Assembly (NCBI GenBank): GCA_023129325.1
Contig: JAGMCI010000014.1
Location: 2,123 to 66,122, forward strand
Length of the DNA: 64,000 nt
Direction of reading: 5' to 3'
Source of the DNA: a candidate division WOR-3 bacterium
Lineage (GTDB): Bacteria > Hydrothermota > UBA3073 > JACQXS01 > JAGMCI01
In this document: one piece after another, positions 18,642-28,166 of the stretch
How positions within the stretch are numbered: position 1 is the stretch's first letter
How the letters are laid out: every line of letters starts with the position of its first letter
The notes under the pieces: generated by a model
What the model saw: only the letters and a program-made list of their open reading frames with translations
Databases searched by the model: none
Told to the model about the DNA's origin: nothing
Position numbers and translations under genes: made by a program

Positions 18642-18651
18642 GGATAACTTT

Positions 18652-19827
18652 ATGAAGATTGCTTATTTTTCATTTGATGTGCATATTCCGGCTAAACATG
18701 CTGGATTCGTGCATATAAGCGAACTCATAAATGCCTTAAGAAAAAGAGGATATGAAGTAATTCTTTATTCATTGCCAAGAATTCCTGAACTTCTAAATCC
18801 TTTTAGATGGAATAGTTCTTATAACAATTTACCAATTAAATATGTAAGATTTACACTTTCATTTAAACCTTATACTTTCCTTTTGTGGTGGTTAAATATG
18901 ATAAGTTATATAAAGACATTAAATTCACTTAGAAAAGAAAAACCTGATTTAATTTATGAGCGATTTCGCGCTCCCAATCCATTTAGTAGAATTTTAGCCA
19001 AGAGTTTAAAAATCCCACGAATAGTTGAGGTAAACACTTTGTTTATTGAGGAAAAGAAGTGTAGCAAAACTTATAGAAAACTACTTGAACTTGACCGTAT
19101 CAATCAGTTTAAATCTGCAAGTGCAATAATTACACCTACCCTTACATTAAAGGAAGCACTTAAAAAAGTTACCCGCACTCATACACCAATATATGTAGTC
19201 CCAAATGGAGTAAATACAAAAAAGTTTAAACCCGGTATTAACACTTATGGACTAAGAACAAAACTTGGTATTAGTCCTCAAGATATAGTGGTGGTATATA
19301 CTGGCTCTTTTAAAAGGTGGTATGGTGTTCACCAAATATTAGAGTTTGCTAAAGCACTAAAGGGAGTAAAATTTTTACTTGTAGGTAAAGGCAAATTATT
19401 TAACAAAATCAATAAATTAAAGTCAGACAACATAATTTTAACCGGGGCAAAAGAGCCTGACAAACTTCCAAAATATCTTGAGATTTCAGATATAGCAATA
19501 GCACCGTATGACATAACAGGTTATGAATGTATCACAAAATTTGGTTTTAGAGGAGGGCTTAAAGTTTATGAATATATGAGTGCTGGAAGACCCATTGTGG
19601 CTTATGGATATGAGGAGATAAGAAAAGTTGTAAGGGATGCAGGATTATTAGCACCTCCTAATAATTTACACCAGTTTATAGAAAACATAAGAACATTAGT
19701 TAATAATAAAGATTTAAGAGAAAAATTAGGCGAAAAGGGAAGAAAAATAGCCGAACAAGAATATAGCTGGGACACGAGAGCCCAAGAAACCGTTAAAATC
19801 TTCCAAACTTGTTTTAAACCCAAATAA
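18652..19827 (+). CDS. Glycosyltransferase, GT4-like
   Basis: GT-B layout, with LKVYEYMSAGRPIVAYGYEEIRKVV as the C-terminal block. Confidence 0.75.
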   Translation: MKIAYFSFDVHIPAKHAGFVHISELINALRKRGYEVILYSLPRIPELLNPFRWNSSYNNLPIKYVRFTLSFKPYTFLLWWLNMISYIKTLNSLRKEKPDLIYERFRAPNPFSRILAKSLKIPRIVEVNTLFIEEKKCSKTYRKLLELDRINQFKSASAIITPTLTLKEALKKVTRTHTPIYVVPNGVNTKKFKPGINTYGLRTKLGISPQDIVVVYTGSFKRWYGVHQILEFAKALKGVKFLLVGKGKLFNKINKLKSDNIILTGAKEPDKLPKYLEISDIAIAPYDITGYECITKFGFRGGLKVYEYMSAGRPIVAYGYEEIRKVVRDAGLLAPPNNLHQFIENIRTLVNNKDLREKLGEKGRKIAEQEYSWDTRAQETVKIFQTCFKPK

Positions 19828-19928
19828 TGTTTAAAGAAAGTAAGATTTTTTAGTCAGACAAAAAAGAGATATTGTAATAACCATATAATTGAAGGCAACT
19901 TTTCATAAATCTACCATAAAAAAGTATA

Positions 19929-20083
19929 AACCACAGAGAGCACAGGAATAACAAAGAGAACACAGAGTAATTCAAATTCTTATATTAACAGGGATTTTAA
20001 GAGATTCATTTTTTATCTTTGTTTTCTTACCCAGCACATAATTTATGTGCTGGGTGGCTATTTTTCTCTGTGTCCTCCGTAGC
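19929..20083. repeat. CACAGAG-type inverted element enclosing a hairpin
   Basis: AACCACAGAGAGCACAGG..AACACAGAG (19929-19967) faces CTCTGTGTCCTCCGTAGC (20066-20083). An 11-bp-stem hairpin lies at 20030-20054. Confidence 0.6.
20030..20054 (+). terminator. Possible intrinsic terminator
   Basis: CCCAGCACATA ATT TATGTGCTGGG followed by TGGCTATTTTT. It lies downstream of the GT4 gene that ends at 19827. Confidence 0.45.
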
Positions 20084-20093
20084 TAATTATTTC

Positions 20094-20121
20094 TTGACAA
20101 ATCTTATAAATATGCTATTAT
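20094..20121 (+). promoter_or_regulatory. Sigma-70-like promoter immediately upstream of wzm
   Basis: TTGACA (20094-20099), a 16-nt spacer, then TATTAT (20116-20121). The ATG is at 20129 with no visible SD. Confidence 0.45.
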
Positions 20122-20128
20122 TAAATAA

Positions 20129-20902
20129 ATGATTGCCATATTTAAAGAAATTTATAAATACAGAGAATTGCTTTTAACCCTTGCTTTAAGAGATGTAAAA
20201 TCAAGATATAAACAGTCGGTACTTGGTATAACTTGGGCTTTATTTGTGCCTCTTATAGCTATGCTGGTGTTTACATTTGTTTTCTCAAAATTCGTTAAAG
20301 TTGATACCGGTGGAATACCTTATCCTATTTTTGCTTATTGTGGTATCCTCCCGTGGACATTCTTTGCGGCTTCACTTAATACTTCAATAAATTCACTTGT
20401 TGCAAATGGTGGACTTGTAACTAAAATTTACTTTCCAAGAGAAGTATTTCCACTTGCTTCTATTGCTGCAAGTTTTGTTGATTTCTGTATTGCAACTCTT
20501 GTATTATTAGGATTAATGCTCTTTTATCATATTCATTTCCATCTGACAATTCTTTTGGTAATACCTATATTATTGCTTCAAATTATGCTAACAGCTGGTT
20601 TAGGTTTTATATTTTCAATGGCAAACTTATTCTTTAGAGATATTAGATATTTATTTCAGGTAATTATTCCTTTATGGATGTTTGCTACTCCAGTAGTATA
20701 TCCAATACCAGAAAAATTTAGATGGCTTTATATCATAAATCCAATGGCACCTATTATTTCATCTTACAGGTCTTTAATTATTGAGGGAAGTTTACCTGAT
20801 ATGACTACATTTAGCATATCTATTTTAATTTCTTTAACAATATTTATTATAGGAGCATTATGGTTTCATCGCGCTGAATATCTATTTGCAGAAAATATAT
20901 AA
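20129..20902 (+). CDS. wzm: ABC-2 type polysaccharide exporter permease
   Basis: YRELLLTLALRDVKSRYKQSVLGITWAL N-terminal signature and six hydrophobic segments. Confidence 0.85.
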   Translation: MIAIFKEIYKYRELLLTLALRDVKSRYKQSVLGITWALFVPLIAMLVFTFVFSKFVKVDTGGIPYPIFAYCGILPWTFFAASLNTSINSLVANGGLVTKIYFPREVFPLASIAASFVDFCIATLVLLGLMLFYHIHFHLTILLVIPILLLQIMLTAGLGFIFSMANLFFRDIRYLFQVIIPLWMFATPVVYPIPEKFRWLYIINPMAPIISSYRSLIIEGSLPDMTTFSISILISLTIFIIGALWFHRAEYLFAENI

Positions 20903-20956
20903 AAGATAGGGTACAGGGGGTAGCGTATAGGGTGTAGAGAATGATGTGGAGGAACG

Positions 20957-21310
20957 ATGAAAAGTTATAAAGAATTGATAGCATATCAAAAAGGGTATCA
21001 ATTGTGTCTGAAAGTTTATAAGACAACAACAAATTACCCAAAGCAAGAGATTTATGGATTGGTATCGCAGATGCGAAGAGCGGCGGTATCCATACCCTCA
21101 AATATAGCTGAGGGATATAGGAGAAAAACACGAAAAGCATATACCCAATTTCTTAGAATTGCTTTGGGTTCATGTAGCGAATTAGAAACTCAGATTTCAT
21201 TATCTAAGGATTTGGGATTTATAGGGGCTAAGGATTACAGGGTACTATATGAGTTACAAGTTGAAGTTACCAAGTTATTAATTAAATTAATAGCTTCTTT
21301 AGAAAAATGA
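20957..21310 (+). CDS. Four-helix-bundle protein (23S rRNA intervening-sequence protein / Avd-like family)
   Basis: YQKGYQLCLKVYKTTTNYPKQEIYGLVSQMRRAAVSIPSNIAEGY...FLRIALGSCSELETQ is the family signature. Confidence 0.85.
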   Translation: MKSYKELIAYQKGYQLCLKVYKTTTNYPKQEIYGLVSQMRRAAVSIPSNIAEGYRRKTRKAYTQFLRIALGSCSELETQISLSKDLGFIGAKDYRVLYELQVEVTKLLIKLIASLEK

Positions 21311-21385
21311 CCCTACACCCGGAATTTATCCCGCACCAAGCGGAACCCTACACCCTGCACCCTTTACCCTATACCCTGATGTATT

Positions 21386-22633
21386 ATGGCAGTAATTGAA
21401 TTTAATCACATCTGGAAGAAATTCAAGAAAGGCGGAGGGGGTGCATCGCTCAGAGACCTCATAAGTAATATGATTTCCCGCCTACACCCGGAATTTATCC
21501 CGCATCAAGCGGGACCCTACACCCTACACCCTGATTCTATCTTCTGGGCATTAAAGGATGTATCATTTGAAGTAAATGAAGGCGAGGCGCTTGGTATAAT
21601 AGGACCAAATGGAGCTGGGAAGACAACAATCTTAAAACTTTTATCAGGCATAATGAGACCAACTAAAGGGAATATAAATATAAAAGGCAAATTATCAAGC
21701 TTAATTGAGTTAGGAGCTGGCTTTCATCCGGAGCTAACTGGAAGAGAAAACATATACTTAAATGGCCAAATTTTAGGGATGCACAGAGATGAAATAAAAC
21801 GCAAATTTGATTCAATAGTAGATTTTTCAGGCATAGAAGAATTCCTTGATATGCCAGTAAAGAGGTATTCCTCGGGAATGTATGTCCGTCTCGGCTTTGC
21901 CATAGCAATTCATGTAGATTTTGATGTCCTATTAGTAGACGAAGTCTTAGCCGTAGGCGACATCAATTTTCAAAAGAAATGCTTTACTAAAATGGGGGAA
22001 TTTCGGGAAAAAGGAATGACAATTGTACTAATCTCCCATTCTATGTCAAATATTTCAAGAACATGTAACCGAGCTATATTTTTAGACCGTGGAAAAGCTG
22101 AATTTAAAGGCGTTTCCGACAAAGCAATAGAGGCTTATTATAATAGTATAGATAAAAAGGCACAAGATATTATATCTACAAAGATATATAAAGTGGGAAC
22201 TGGAGAAGTTTCTATAAGTAATGTGAAAGTATTTCAAGAAAATAATAATATAAAAAGTAATGAAATTGAGTTTGGAAAAAATATTGTTATAGAAGCAAAT
22301 TATAAAATAAATAGTGAAAATATTCCTGACGATATTGAATTTAGGGTAGGAATATTAACTCTTGAAGGTTATGACTTTATGAAGTTAATTCATAGAGAAT
22401 ATAAACCCTCTCGAAATGGTCAGGTACAATTTATAATAAAATCTCCAAAATTATTTCCACGAACTTACAAAATAAATATAGCAGCCTGTCCTTTAGATAT
22501 GGATTATCATATGGGAGGCATTGGTAATGCAGCTACATTCACTATAAAAAAACCTGATAATAAAAAAATTAGTAAATTTGAATATGGGAATACATATTTA
22601 GTTTACTTTGACTATGAAAGTAAAGCTTTATGA
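21386..22633 (+). CDS. wzt: Polysaccharide ABC exporter ATPase with extra C-terminal domain
   Basis: Walker A GPNGAGKTT, signature YSSGMYVRLGF, Walker B VLLVDEVLAVGD, and about 150 further C-terminal residues. It carries the in-frame insertion LHPEFIPHQAGPYTLHP. Confidence 0.85.
   Translation: MAVIEFNHIWKKFKKGGGGASLRDLISNMISRLHPEFIPHQAGPYTLHPDSIFWALKDVSFEVNEGEALGIIGPNGAGKTTILKLLSGIMRPTKGNINIKGKLSSLIELGAGFHPELTGRENIYLNGQILGMHRDEIKRKFDSIVDFSGIEEFLDMPVKRYSSGMYVRLGFAIAIHVDFDVLLVDEVLAVGDINFQKKCFTKMGEFREKGMTIVLISHSMSNISRTCNRAIFLDRGKAEFKGVSDKAIEAYYNSIDKKAQDIISTKIYKVGTGEVSISNVKVFQENNNIKSNEIEFGKNIVIEANYKINSENIPDDIEFRVGILTLEGYDFMKLIHREYKPSRNGQVQFIIKSPKLFPRTYKINIAACPLDMDYHMGGIGNAATFTIKKPDNKKISKFEYGNTYLVYFDYESKAL
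21479..21535. repeat. Hairpin-plus-heptamer module in frame in wzt
   Basis: CTACACCCGGAATTTATCCCGCATCAAGCGGGACCCTACACCCTACACCCT. Related copies are at 21310-21379 (intergenic) and 34028-34080 (in a CDS). Confidence 0.8.
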
Positions 22634-23379
22634 ACAAAATTAAAAGTTTTATTTTTAACATTATAATAAAAACATTAGGCAGAAAATACTATATCGTGCC
22701 AAAAGCTATAACAATAATTGCTGATAAAAGAGCTCAATTAATTATAGATAAGAATAAATACATCTTACGATTACGGAGGGATAAGACTTTTATACAGAAA
22801 CCGAGAGATGCTTTTAGTAAATCTGATTGGGATAATTTTTGGCAAAATAAATCAAATATAAATCAATATTTAGAAGTAAATAGAATAGACTTTTATAAAG
22901 AAGTTATTGATAAAATTCAACCTTATCTAAAAGGCAAGATAATTGATGTTGGATGTGGGACAGGCGATTTTCTAAGATTGCTTAAGAATAAGTATCCCTC
23001 ATGCTTGGAAATATTTGGTTCAGACATCTCAGATGCCTCTATTGAGAGATGTAAAAATATTATACCTGATGGAAAATTTATACAGTCGGATATATTTCAT
23101 TTGAATTTTAAAGATAAATATTTTGATGTTGTAATATGTATGGAGCTTCTTGAACATATTGAATTTCCACACGACGCCCTTAAAGAACTCACTCGCATAT
23201 GTAAAACAAATGGTTATGCAATCCTCACAGTTCCGAATGGGGAAATCGATACTTTTGAAGGGCATTTAAATTTTTGGAATTTAGAGAGTTTCAAAGTTTT
23301 TTTAAGTAGTTACAAGATAGTTGAAATAAATTATATAGATAATAAAAATGTAATTATAGCAATCGTGAAAAATATATGA
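22630..23379 (+). CDS. Class I SAM-dependent methyltransferase
   Basis: IIDVGCGTGDFL and CMELLEHIEFP motifs. Confidence 0.8.
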   Translation: MNKIKSFIFNIIIKTLGRKYYIVPKAITIIADKRAQLIIDKNKYILRLRRDKTFIQKPRDAFSKSDWDNFWQNKSNINQYLEVNRIDFYKEVIDKIQPYLKGKIIDVGCGTGDFLRLLKNKYPSCLEIFGSDISDASIERCKNIIPDGKFIQSDIFHLNFKDKYFDVVICMELLEHIEFPHDALKELTRICKTNGYAILTVPNGEIDTFEGHLNFWNLESFKVFLSSYKIVEINYIDNKNVIIAIVKNI

Positions 23380-24524
23380 GGTTCTTGATTGTAAACACAG
23401 ATTATTCTGTTTTTATTGAAGATATGTATCGCAACGATCCAGGGTTAAAAAATGAAAGCTTTGATACCCAGTATAAAGCACGAATGGATAGTCTTTTTGG
23501 GACGGCAAACTTTTATTCAATGAATTTAAAGAAATTGGGGTATAAAGCCATTGATATTATTTTTAATCATGAATATTTACAGAAAAGATGGGTTTTGGAA
23601 AATGGCTTTTATAAAACACCAAAAGCTATCTTGAATAGAATTCCTTGGAGTAGAGCTCCAATTCTTCGTAGATATTTTTCCACTCCTGACATAATGTCAG
23701 AAATTTTTAAAGCTCAAGTTAGATATTATCAACCTGATATAATTTACAATATGGCAATGGAAAGCGTAACTTCTCCTCTTTTAAATAAAATCAGAAGGGA
23801 AGTGGGAAGTATTAAATTAGTGATTGGCCAGAGTGCATCTCAAATTAGCGATAGAATGAAAGACTTGTCAGGGTATGATTTAATACTTTCTTCTTTACCA
23901 AATCAAGTTGAATACTTCAAAGAAAATGGTAAGCCAAGCGAATACTTTAAACTTGGGTTTGAATCTCAGGTTCTAAATAAACTATCAGAAAGAGAAAAAG
24001 CATATGATTTGTCTTTTGTAGGTAGTTTTTCTTGGAACCATTTAGAAGGTATGAAGACTATGAACGATGTATTTGCTAACTTTAAAAATGCAGTAATATT
24101 TGGATGTTATGACAATAGTATAGACAGATTTCCTTTACTTAAAAAAAGAATTACAGGACACGCCTGGGGACTTGATATGTATAATATTTATTATAATTCT
24201 AAAATTACTTTTAACAGACATGGTACTATTGATGGGAATTATGCAAGTAGTATGAGACTATTTGAAGCTACAGGCGTGGGAGCATTGTTATTAACCGACT
24301 ATAAAGATAACTTAAAAGATTTATTCGAGATAGGAAAAGAAGTGGTAACTTACAAAAATGCTAAAGAGGCAGTTAAAAAAATTAAATACTATTTAGAGCA
24401 CGAAGATGAACGAGAAAAGATAGCAAAAGCAGGACAGAAAAGGACACTAAAAGACCATACTTATTACAATAGAATGCAAGAGTTAGTGGATATAGTAAAA
24501 AAATACATAGAATATATAAGATGA
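23376..24524 (+). CDS. CgeB-family glycosyltransferase
   Basis: SMRLFEATGVGALLLTDYKDNLKDLFE...AKEAVKKIKYYLEHEDEREKIAKAGQ. Confidence 0.7.
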   Translation: MRFLIVNTDYSVFIEDMYRNDPGLKNESFDTQYKARMDSLFGTANFYSMNLKKLGYKAIDIIFNHEYLQKRWVLENGFYKTPKAILNRIPWSRAPILRRYFSTPDIMSEIFKAQVRYYQPDIIYNMAMESVTSPLLNKIRREVGSIKLVIGQSASQISDRMKDLSGYDLILSSLPNQVEYFKENGKPSEYFKLGFESQVLNKLSEREKAYDLSFVGSFSWNHLEGMKTMNDVFANFKNAVIFGCYDNSIDRFPLLKKRITGHAWGLDMYNIYYNSKITFNRHGTIDGNYASSMRLFEATGVGALLLTDYKDNLKDLFEIGKEVVTYKNAKEAVKKIKYYLEHEDEREKIAKAGQKRTLKDHTYYNRMQELVDIVKKYIEYIR

Positions 24525-25276
24525 AGCACCTATTTTCAGCTTTTAGCAAAAGCAATATTGAGAAATTAAAAAGAATGCCCAAGAGAAAATCTGGAGTTAT
24601 TCAGATTAATGCCTTTTCTGTTAAATATATTAACCCACTTTCCATTTATTATGAGTATAAGGATATATTTAAAAATAGGATTTATCATTTCAACACTAAA
24701 AAACATCATCCTTTTATAATTGACGCTGGAGGATACATAGGGATGTCTGCCCTATATTTTAAAAGTATATATCCTAATTCAAAAATAATAGTTTTTGAAC
24801 CTGACCCTAAAATATATAAAGTTCTCTTAAGAAATATTAAACAGAATAAACTTACAGGTATTAACGCCATAAATGCAGGTCTTGGGAGTGAAAATAAAGA
24901 AGTTGATTTTTATCCAGATGGTGCAGATGGGGGTTCTCTCTATTTATTAGGGAAAACCCAGAAAATTAAGGTCAAAATAGTCCAGTTAAGTAATTATATT
25001 ACAGAGAGAGTAGATTTTTTAAAAATGAACATTGAAGGTGCTGAATATGAGGTTTTTAAAGAAATAGAGAAAAAATTGCCTTTAATTGAACAACTTGTAT
25101 TTGAATATCATGGTTTCTATAATTTAAAACAAAATCTTCATAACATATTATCAATTCTTGATAAGAATTCTCTCAAGTATGTAGTAACAGATGCCTGTAA
25201 TGCAAAAATAAAGGTTCCTTTTGATTTACCTGATAATTATAGATATTTTAACATTGTCTATGCGAGACAAGGGTAA
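24521..25276 (+). CDS. FkbM-family methyltransferase
   Basis: IIDAGGYIGMSALYF and LKMNIEGAEYEVF motifs. Confidence 0.8.
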   Translation: MKHLFSAFSKSNIEKLKRMPKRKSGVIQINAFSVKYINPLSIYYEYKDIFKNRIYHFNTKKHHPFIIDAGGYIGMSALYFKSIYPNSKIIVFEPDPKIYKVLLRNIKQNKLTGINAINAGLGSENKEVDFYPDGADGGSLYLLGKTQKIKVKIVQLSNYITERVDFLKMNIEGAEYEVFKEIEKKLPLIEQLVFEYHGFYNLKQNLHNILSILDKNSLKYVVTDACNAKIKVPFDLPDNYRYFNIVYARQG

Positions 25277-25279
25277 CTC

Positions 25280-25924
25280 ATGAGATTTTTCTTGAGAAGA
25301 AGACTAAAACCCTACAGTGTTTTTGCGCTTGATAGAGGAAAACCTATAGATAGATATTATATTGAGAATTTTCTTAACAAAAACAAATCACATATCAAAG
25401 GGCATGTTCTTGAAGTTGCAGAAAATACATACACACTAAAGTTTGGTGATTCTGAAGTAGAGAAATCTGATATTCTTCATCTCACACAAGATAATCCCAA
25501 TGCAACAATCGTAGGAGATATTACGAAAAAAAATATCTTACCTGAAAATACATTTGACTGCTTTATAATGACACAAACTTTACTTGTTGTTTATGACATA
25601 AAATCAGCTATAAAAAATTCTATAAAAGCATTGAAGACGGGCGGTGTCCTGTTGGTCACAGTCCCAGGGATAAGTCAAATTTCAAGATATGATATGGATA
25701 GATGGGGTGATTACTGGCGGTTTACAGATTTATCTCTTCGTAGACTTTTTGAAGAAGTAGTTCCACCCGAGAACATTGAAATAGAAGTTTATGGTAATGT
25801 TCTTTCTGCTGTTGCGTTCCTTTATGGTCTTGCACAACATGAACTAACTAAAAAAGAATTAGATTATGAAGATAAAGATTATCAAGTAATAATTGCTGCC
25901 GTGATTAGAAAGCCGAAAAGTTAA
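25280..25924 (+). CDS. Class I SAM-dependent methyltransferase
   Basis: The sequence FIMTQTLLVVYDIKSAIKNSIKALKTGGVLLVTVPG fits methyltransferase motifs II-III. Confidence 0.65.
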   Translation: MRFFLRRRLKPYSVFALDRGKPIDRYYIENFLNKNKSHIKGHVLEVAENTYTLKFGDSEVEKSDILHLTQDNPNATIVGDITKKNILPENTFDCFIMTQTLLVVYDIKSAIKNSIKALKTGGVLLVTVPGISQISRYDMDRWGDYWRFTDLSLRRLFEEVVPPENIEIEVYGNVLSAVAFLYGLAQHELTKKELDYEDKDYQVIIAAVIRKPKS

Positions 25925-25925
25925 A

Positions 25926-26912
25926 ATGTTAGATTATAGATTTCTATTTCGTAAGATTAGAAAAATTGTTATACCCAAATCAATTATTTTACTTTATCAC
26001 CGTGTTGCTAATATTGAAAGCGACCCTCAGTTATTAGCAGTATCTAAAACCAATTTTGAAGTTCAGATGCAATACTTGAAACAAAACTATAAAATTTTGA
26101 GTCTTTCCGAACTCGTAAATTTCCTTAGAAACAATAGAGTTCCAAGACATAGAGTTGTTATTACATTTGATGATGGTTATGCAGATAACCTTTACAATGC
26201 AAAACCAATACTTGAAAAGTTTGAAATACCTGCTGATGTCTTCATTGTTGCAGGGATGATTGATAAGAATAGAGAATACTGGTGGGATGACTTAGAAAGG
26301 ATATTTTTGTTAGGAAAAAAACTTCCAGAAACTCTTGAACTTGAAATAAATAAAAAAAATTATTTATGGAACTCACGCAATTCTGGTGAATACAAAAAAG
26401 TGTATCAAGAACTTCAATATCTCTTACGCTTTTTGTCAGCGAATGATTTAGAAGAAAAGATTAAAGAGATTTTAAAATGGGCAAATTTACCTCTTGAAGG
26501 TCGTGAAACATATAGATGCCTGACATCTGAAGAAATTAGGAAACTAGTAAGAAGCAATCTGATAGACATAGGCGCACATAGTATGGGTCATCTTGTTCTA
26601 TCTTCACAATCACTTGAACAGCAGAAATGGGAGATAGAAAATAGCAAACAGATATTGGAGAATATTCTGGGGCGCAAGATATTTTCTTTTTCTTATCCAT
26701 TTGGAACATCAACTGATTTTACATCAGAAACAGAAAACTTAGTTCAAGAAGCGGGCTTTAAGAGTGGAGTTGCTGATATACAGACAAATGTGAGGTCTCC
26801 TTTTAATTTATATGCTTTACCGAGGAGAATAATAAGAAACTGGAACTTATCTAAATTTAAGGAAAATATAGAGAAATATTTCAATGGAAAATCTGTAAAT
26901 ATTATCTCGTAA
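25926..26912 (+). CDS. Polysaccharide deacetylase (NodB homology)
   Basis: ITFDDGYADN and IGAHSMGH motifs. Confidence 0.8.
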   Translation: MLDYRFLFRKIRKIVIPKSIILLYHRVANIESDPQLLAVSKTNFEVQMQYLKQNYKILSLSELVNFLRNNRVPRHRVVITFDDGYADNLYNAKPILEKFEIPADVFIVAGMIDKNREYWWDDLERIFLLGKKLPETLELEINKKNYLWNSRNSGEYKKVYQELQYLLRFLSANDLEEKIKEILKWANLPLEGRETYRCLTSEEIRKLVRSNLIDIGAHSMGHLVLSSQSLEQQKWEIENSKQILENILGRKIFSFSYPFGTSTDFTSETENLVQEAGFKSGVADIQTNVRSPFNLYALPRRIIRNWNLSKFKENIEKYFNGKSVNIIS

Positions 26913-26921
26913 AAATGGCCT

Positions 26922-28166
26922 ATGAGAATTTTAGTTATCTCTAATTTTTATCCTCCTCATCATTTTGGAGGGTATGAACTACGGTGTAAAGACATCGTTA
27001 GCAATTTGCAGAAAAAAGGTCATAAGACTGTCATTCTTACCAGCATTTATAGAGTTCATAAGACTCAAGTAAAAAATAATATCTATAGAGCGCTTTCTTA
27101 TCAGCTTAAATATTTTAATAAAACATCCCTCAAGAATACCATTATTAAAGAATTAAGGGACATCCACACTTTAAAGAGTCTGATTAACTGGTGGAGACCT
27201 GATTTAATTTATATTTTTAATATGGGATGTTTAAGTAAATCATTATTAAGAACCATATCTTCGTGTAAATTACCCGTTGTTTATGACATTTCTGATTCCT
27301 GGCTTATCAAGAACTGGATTTGTGATAATTGGTTAATTTACTGGCAGTCCTCTTCTGATTTAGCGTTTATTCGGTTTCTCAAATTGAAATTTTTGGGATT
27401 AATTACAAAAAAATATATTAAGAAATATTCTAAATATATACTCCCAATAGATTCCCTTACTTTAAATTTGAAATATGTCTATTTTACTAGCAATTTTCTC
27501 AAGACTGTATATTTTAGAGGTGGTTTTCATGTAGGAAAAGCACCCATAATCCCTTGTGGTATCCCAATGAGTTTAATAGCCCTGAGAGGAGAGAAAAGAA
27601 GTCCGCTAAAATTACTGTATGTGGGAAACATACAAAGAGATAAAGGTATTCATACTGCAATTGAAGCAATCTCAATATTGACGAAGAAAACTCCTATTCA
27701 TAGCTTGAGCATCATTGGTGGTATTGTAGATATAGAATATACAGAAGAGTTAAAAGTTAAGAGAGAAGTAGAAAATTTACCAGTAATGTTTATTGGTCAA
27801 TTCCCACGTGATAAAGTATTGGGTATTTATAAAAAACATGACATTTTGATATTTCCTTCTATTTGTGAAGAGTCGTTTTCTCTTGTCATTCTTGAAGCAA
27901 TGGCAAGTGGATTAGCTGTTATATCCACTGCTACAGGAGGTAATAAGGAGTTTTTAAAAGATGGTAAAAATTGCCTCATATTCCGTCCCGGTGATGCTAA
28001 TGACCTTGCCTCAAAAATAGAAATCCTTATCAAAAATCCTGACTTACGGAAGAGACTCGGAAACAATGCATCTAAATTTGTAAGAAAAAACTTTGATATT
28101 GAAAAAATAGTGGATAAAATAGAGGAATATCTGAAATGGGTGGTGGAAGATTTTAAAAATGCCTAA
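26922..28166 (+). CDS. Glycosyltransferase, GT4
   Basis: FPSICEESFSLVILEAMASGLAVISTATGG block. Confidence 0.85.
   Translation: MRILVISNFYPPHHFGGYELRCKDIVSNLQKKGHKTVILTSIYRVHKTQVKNNIYRALSYQLKYFNKTSLKNTIIKELRDIHTLKSLINWWRPDLIYIFNMGCLSKSLLRTISSCKLPVVYDISDSWLIKNWICDNWLIYWQSSSDLAFIRFLKLKFLGLITKKYIKKYSKYILPIDSLTLNLKYVYFTSNFLKTVYFRGGFHVGKAPIIPCGIPMSLIALRGEKRSPLKLLYVGNIQRDKGIHTAIEAISILTKKTPIHSLSIIGGIVDIEYTEELKVKREVENLPVMFIGQFPRDKVLGIYKKHDILIFPSICEESFSLVILEAMASGLAVISTATGGNKEFLKDGKNCLIFRPGDANDLASKIEILIKNPDLRKRLGNNASKFVRKNFDIEKIVDKIEEYLKWVVEDFKNA

Noticed and set aside
20957-21310. Diversity-generating retroelement, because Avd proteins share this four-helix-bundle fold
   Set aside because: There is no reverse transcriptase and no template/variable repeat pair with adenine-specific differences anywhere in the window.
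28137-28166. Apparent 1-nt discrepancy between my hand count of G residues near 28137-28142 and the ORF-track translation (WVVEDFKNA)
   Set aside because: This is most likely my own counting error, because downstream coordinates agree with the track. It is not evidence for a frameshift.
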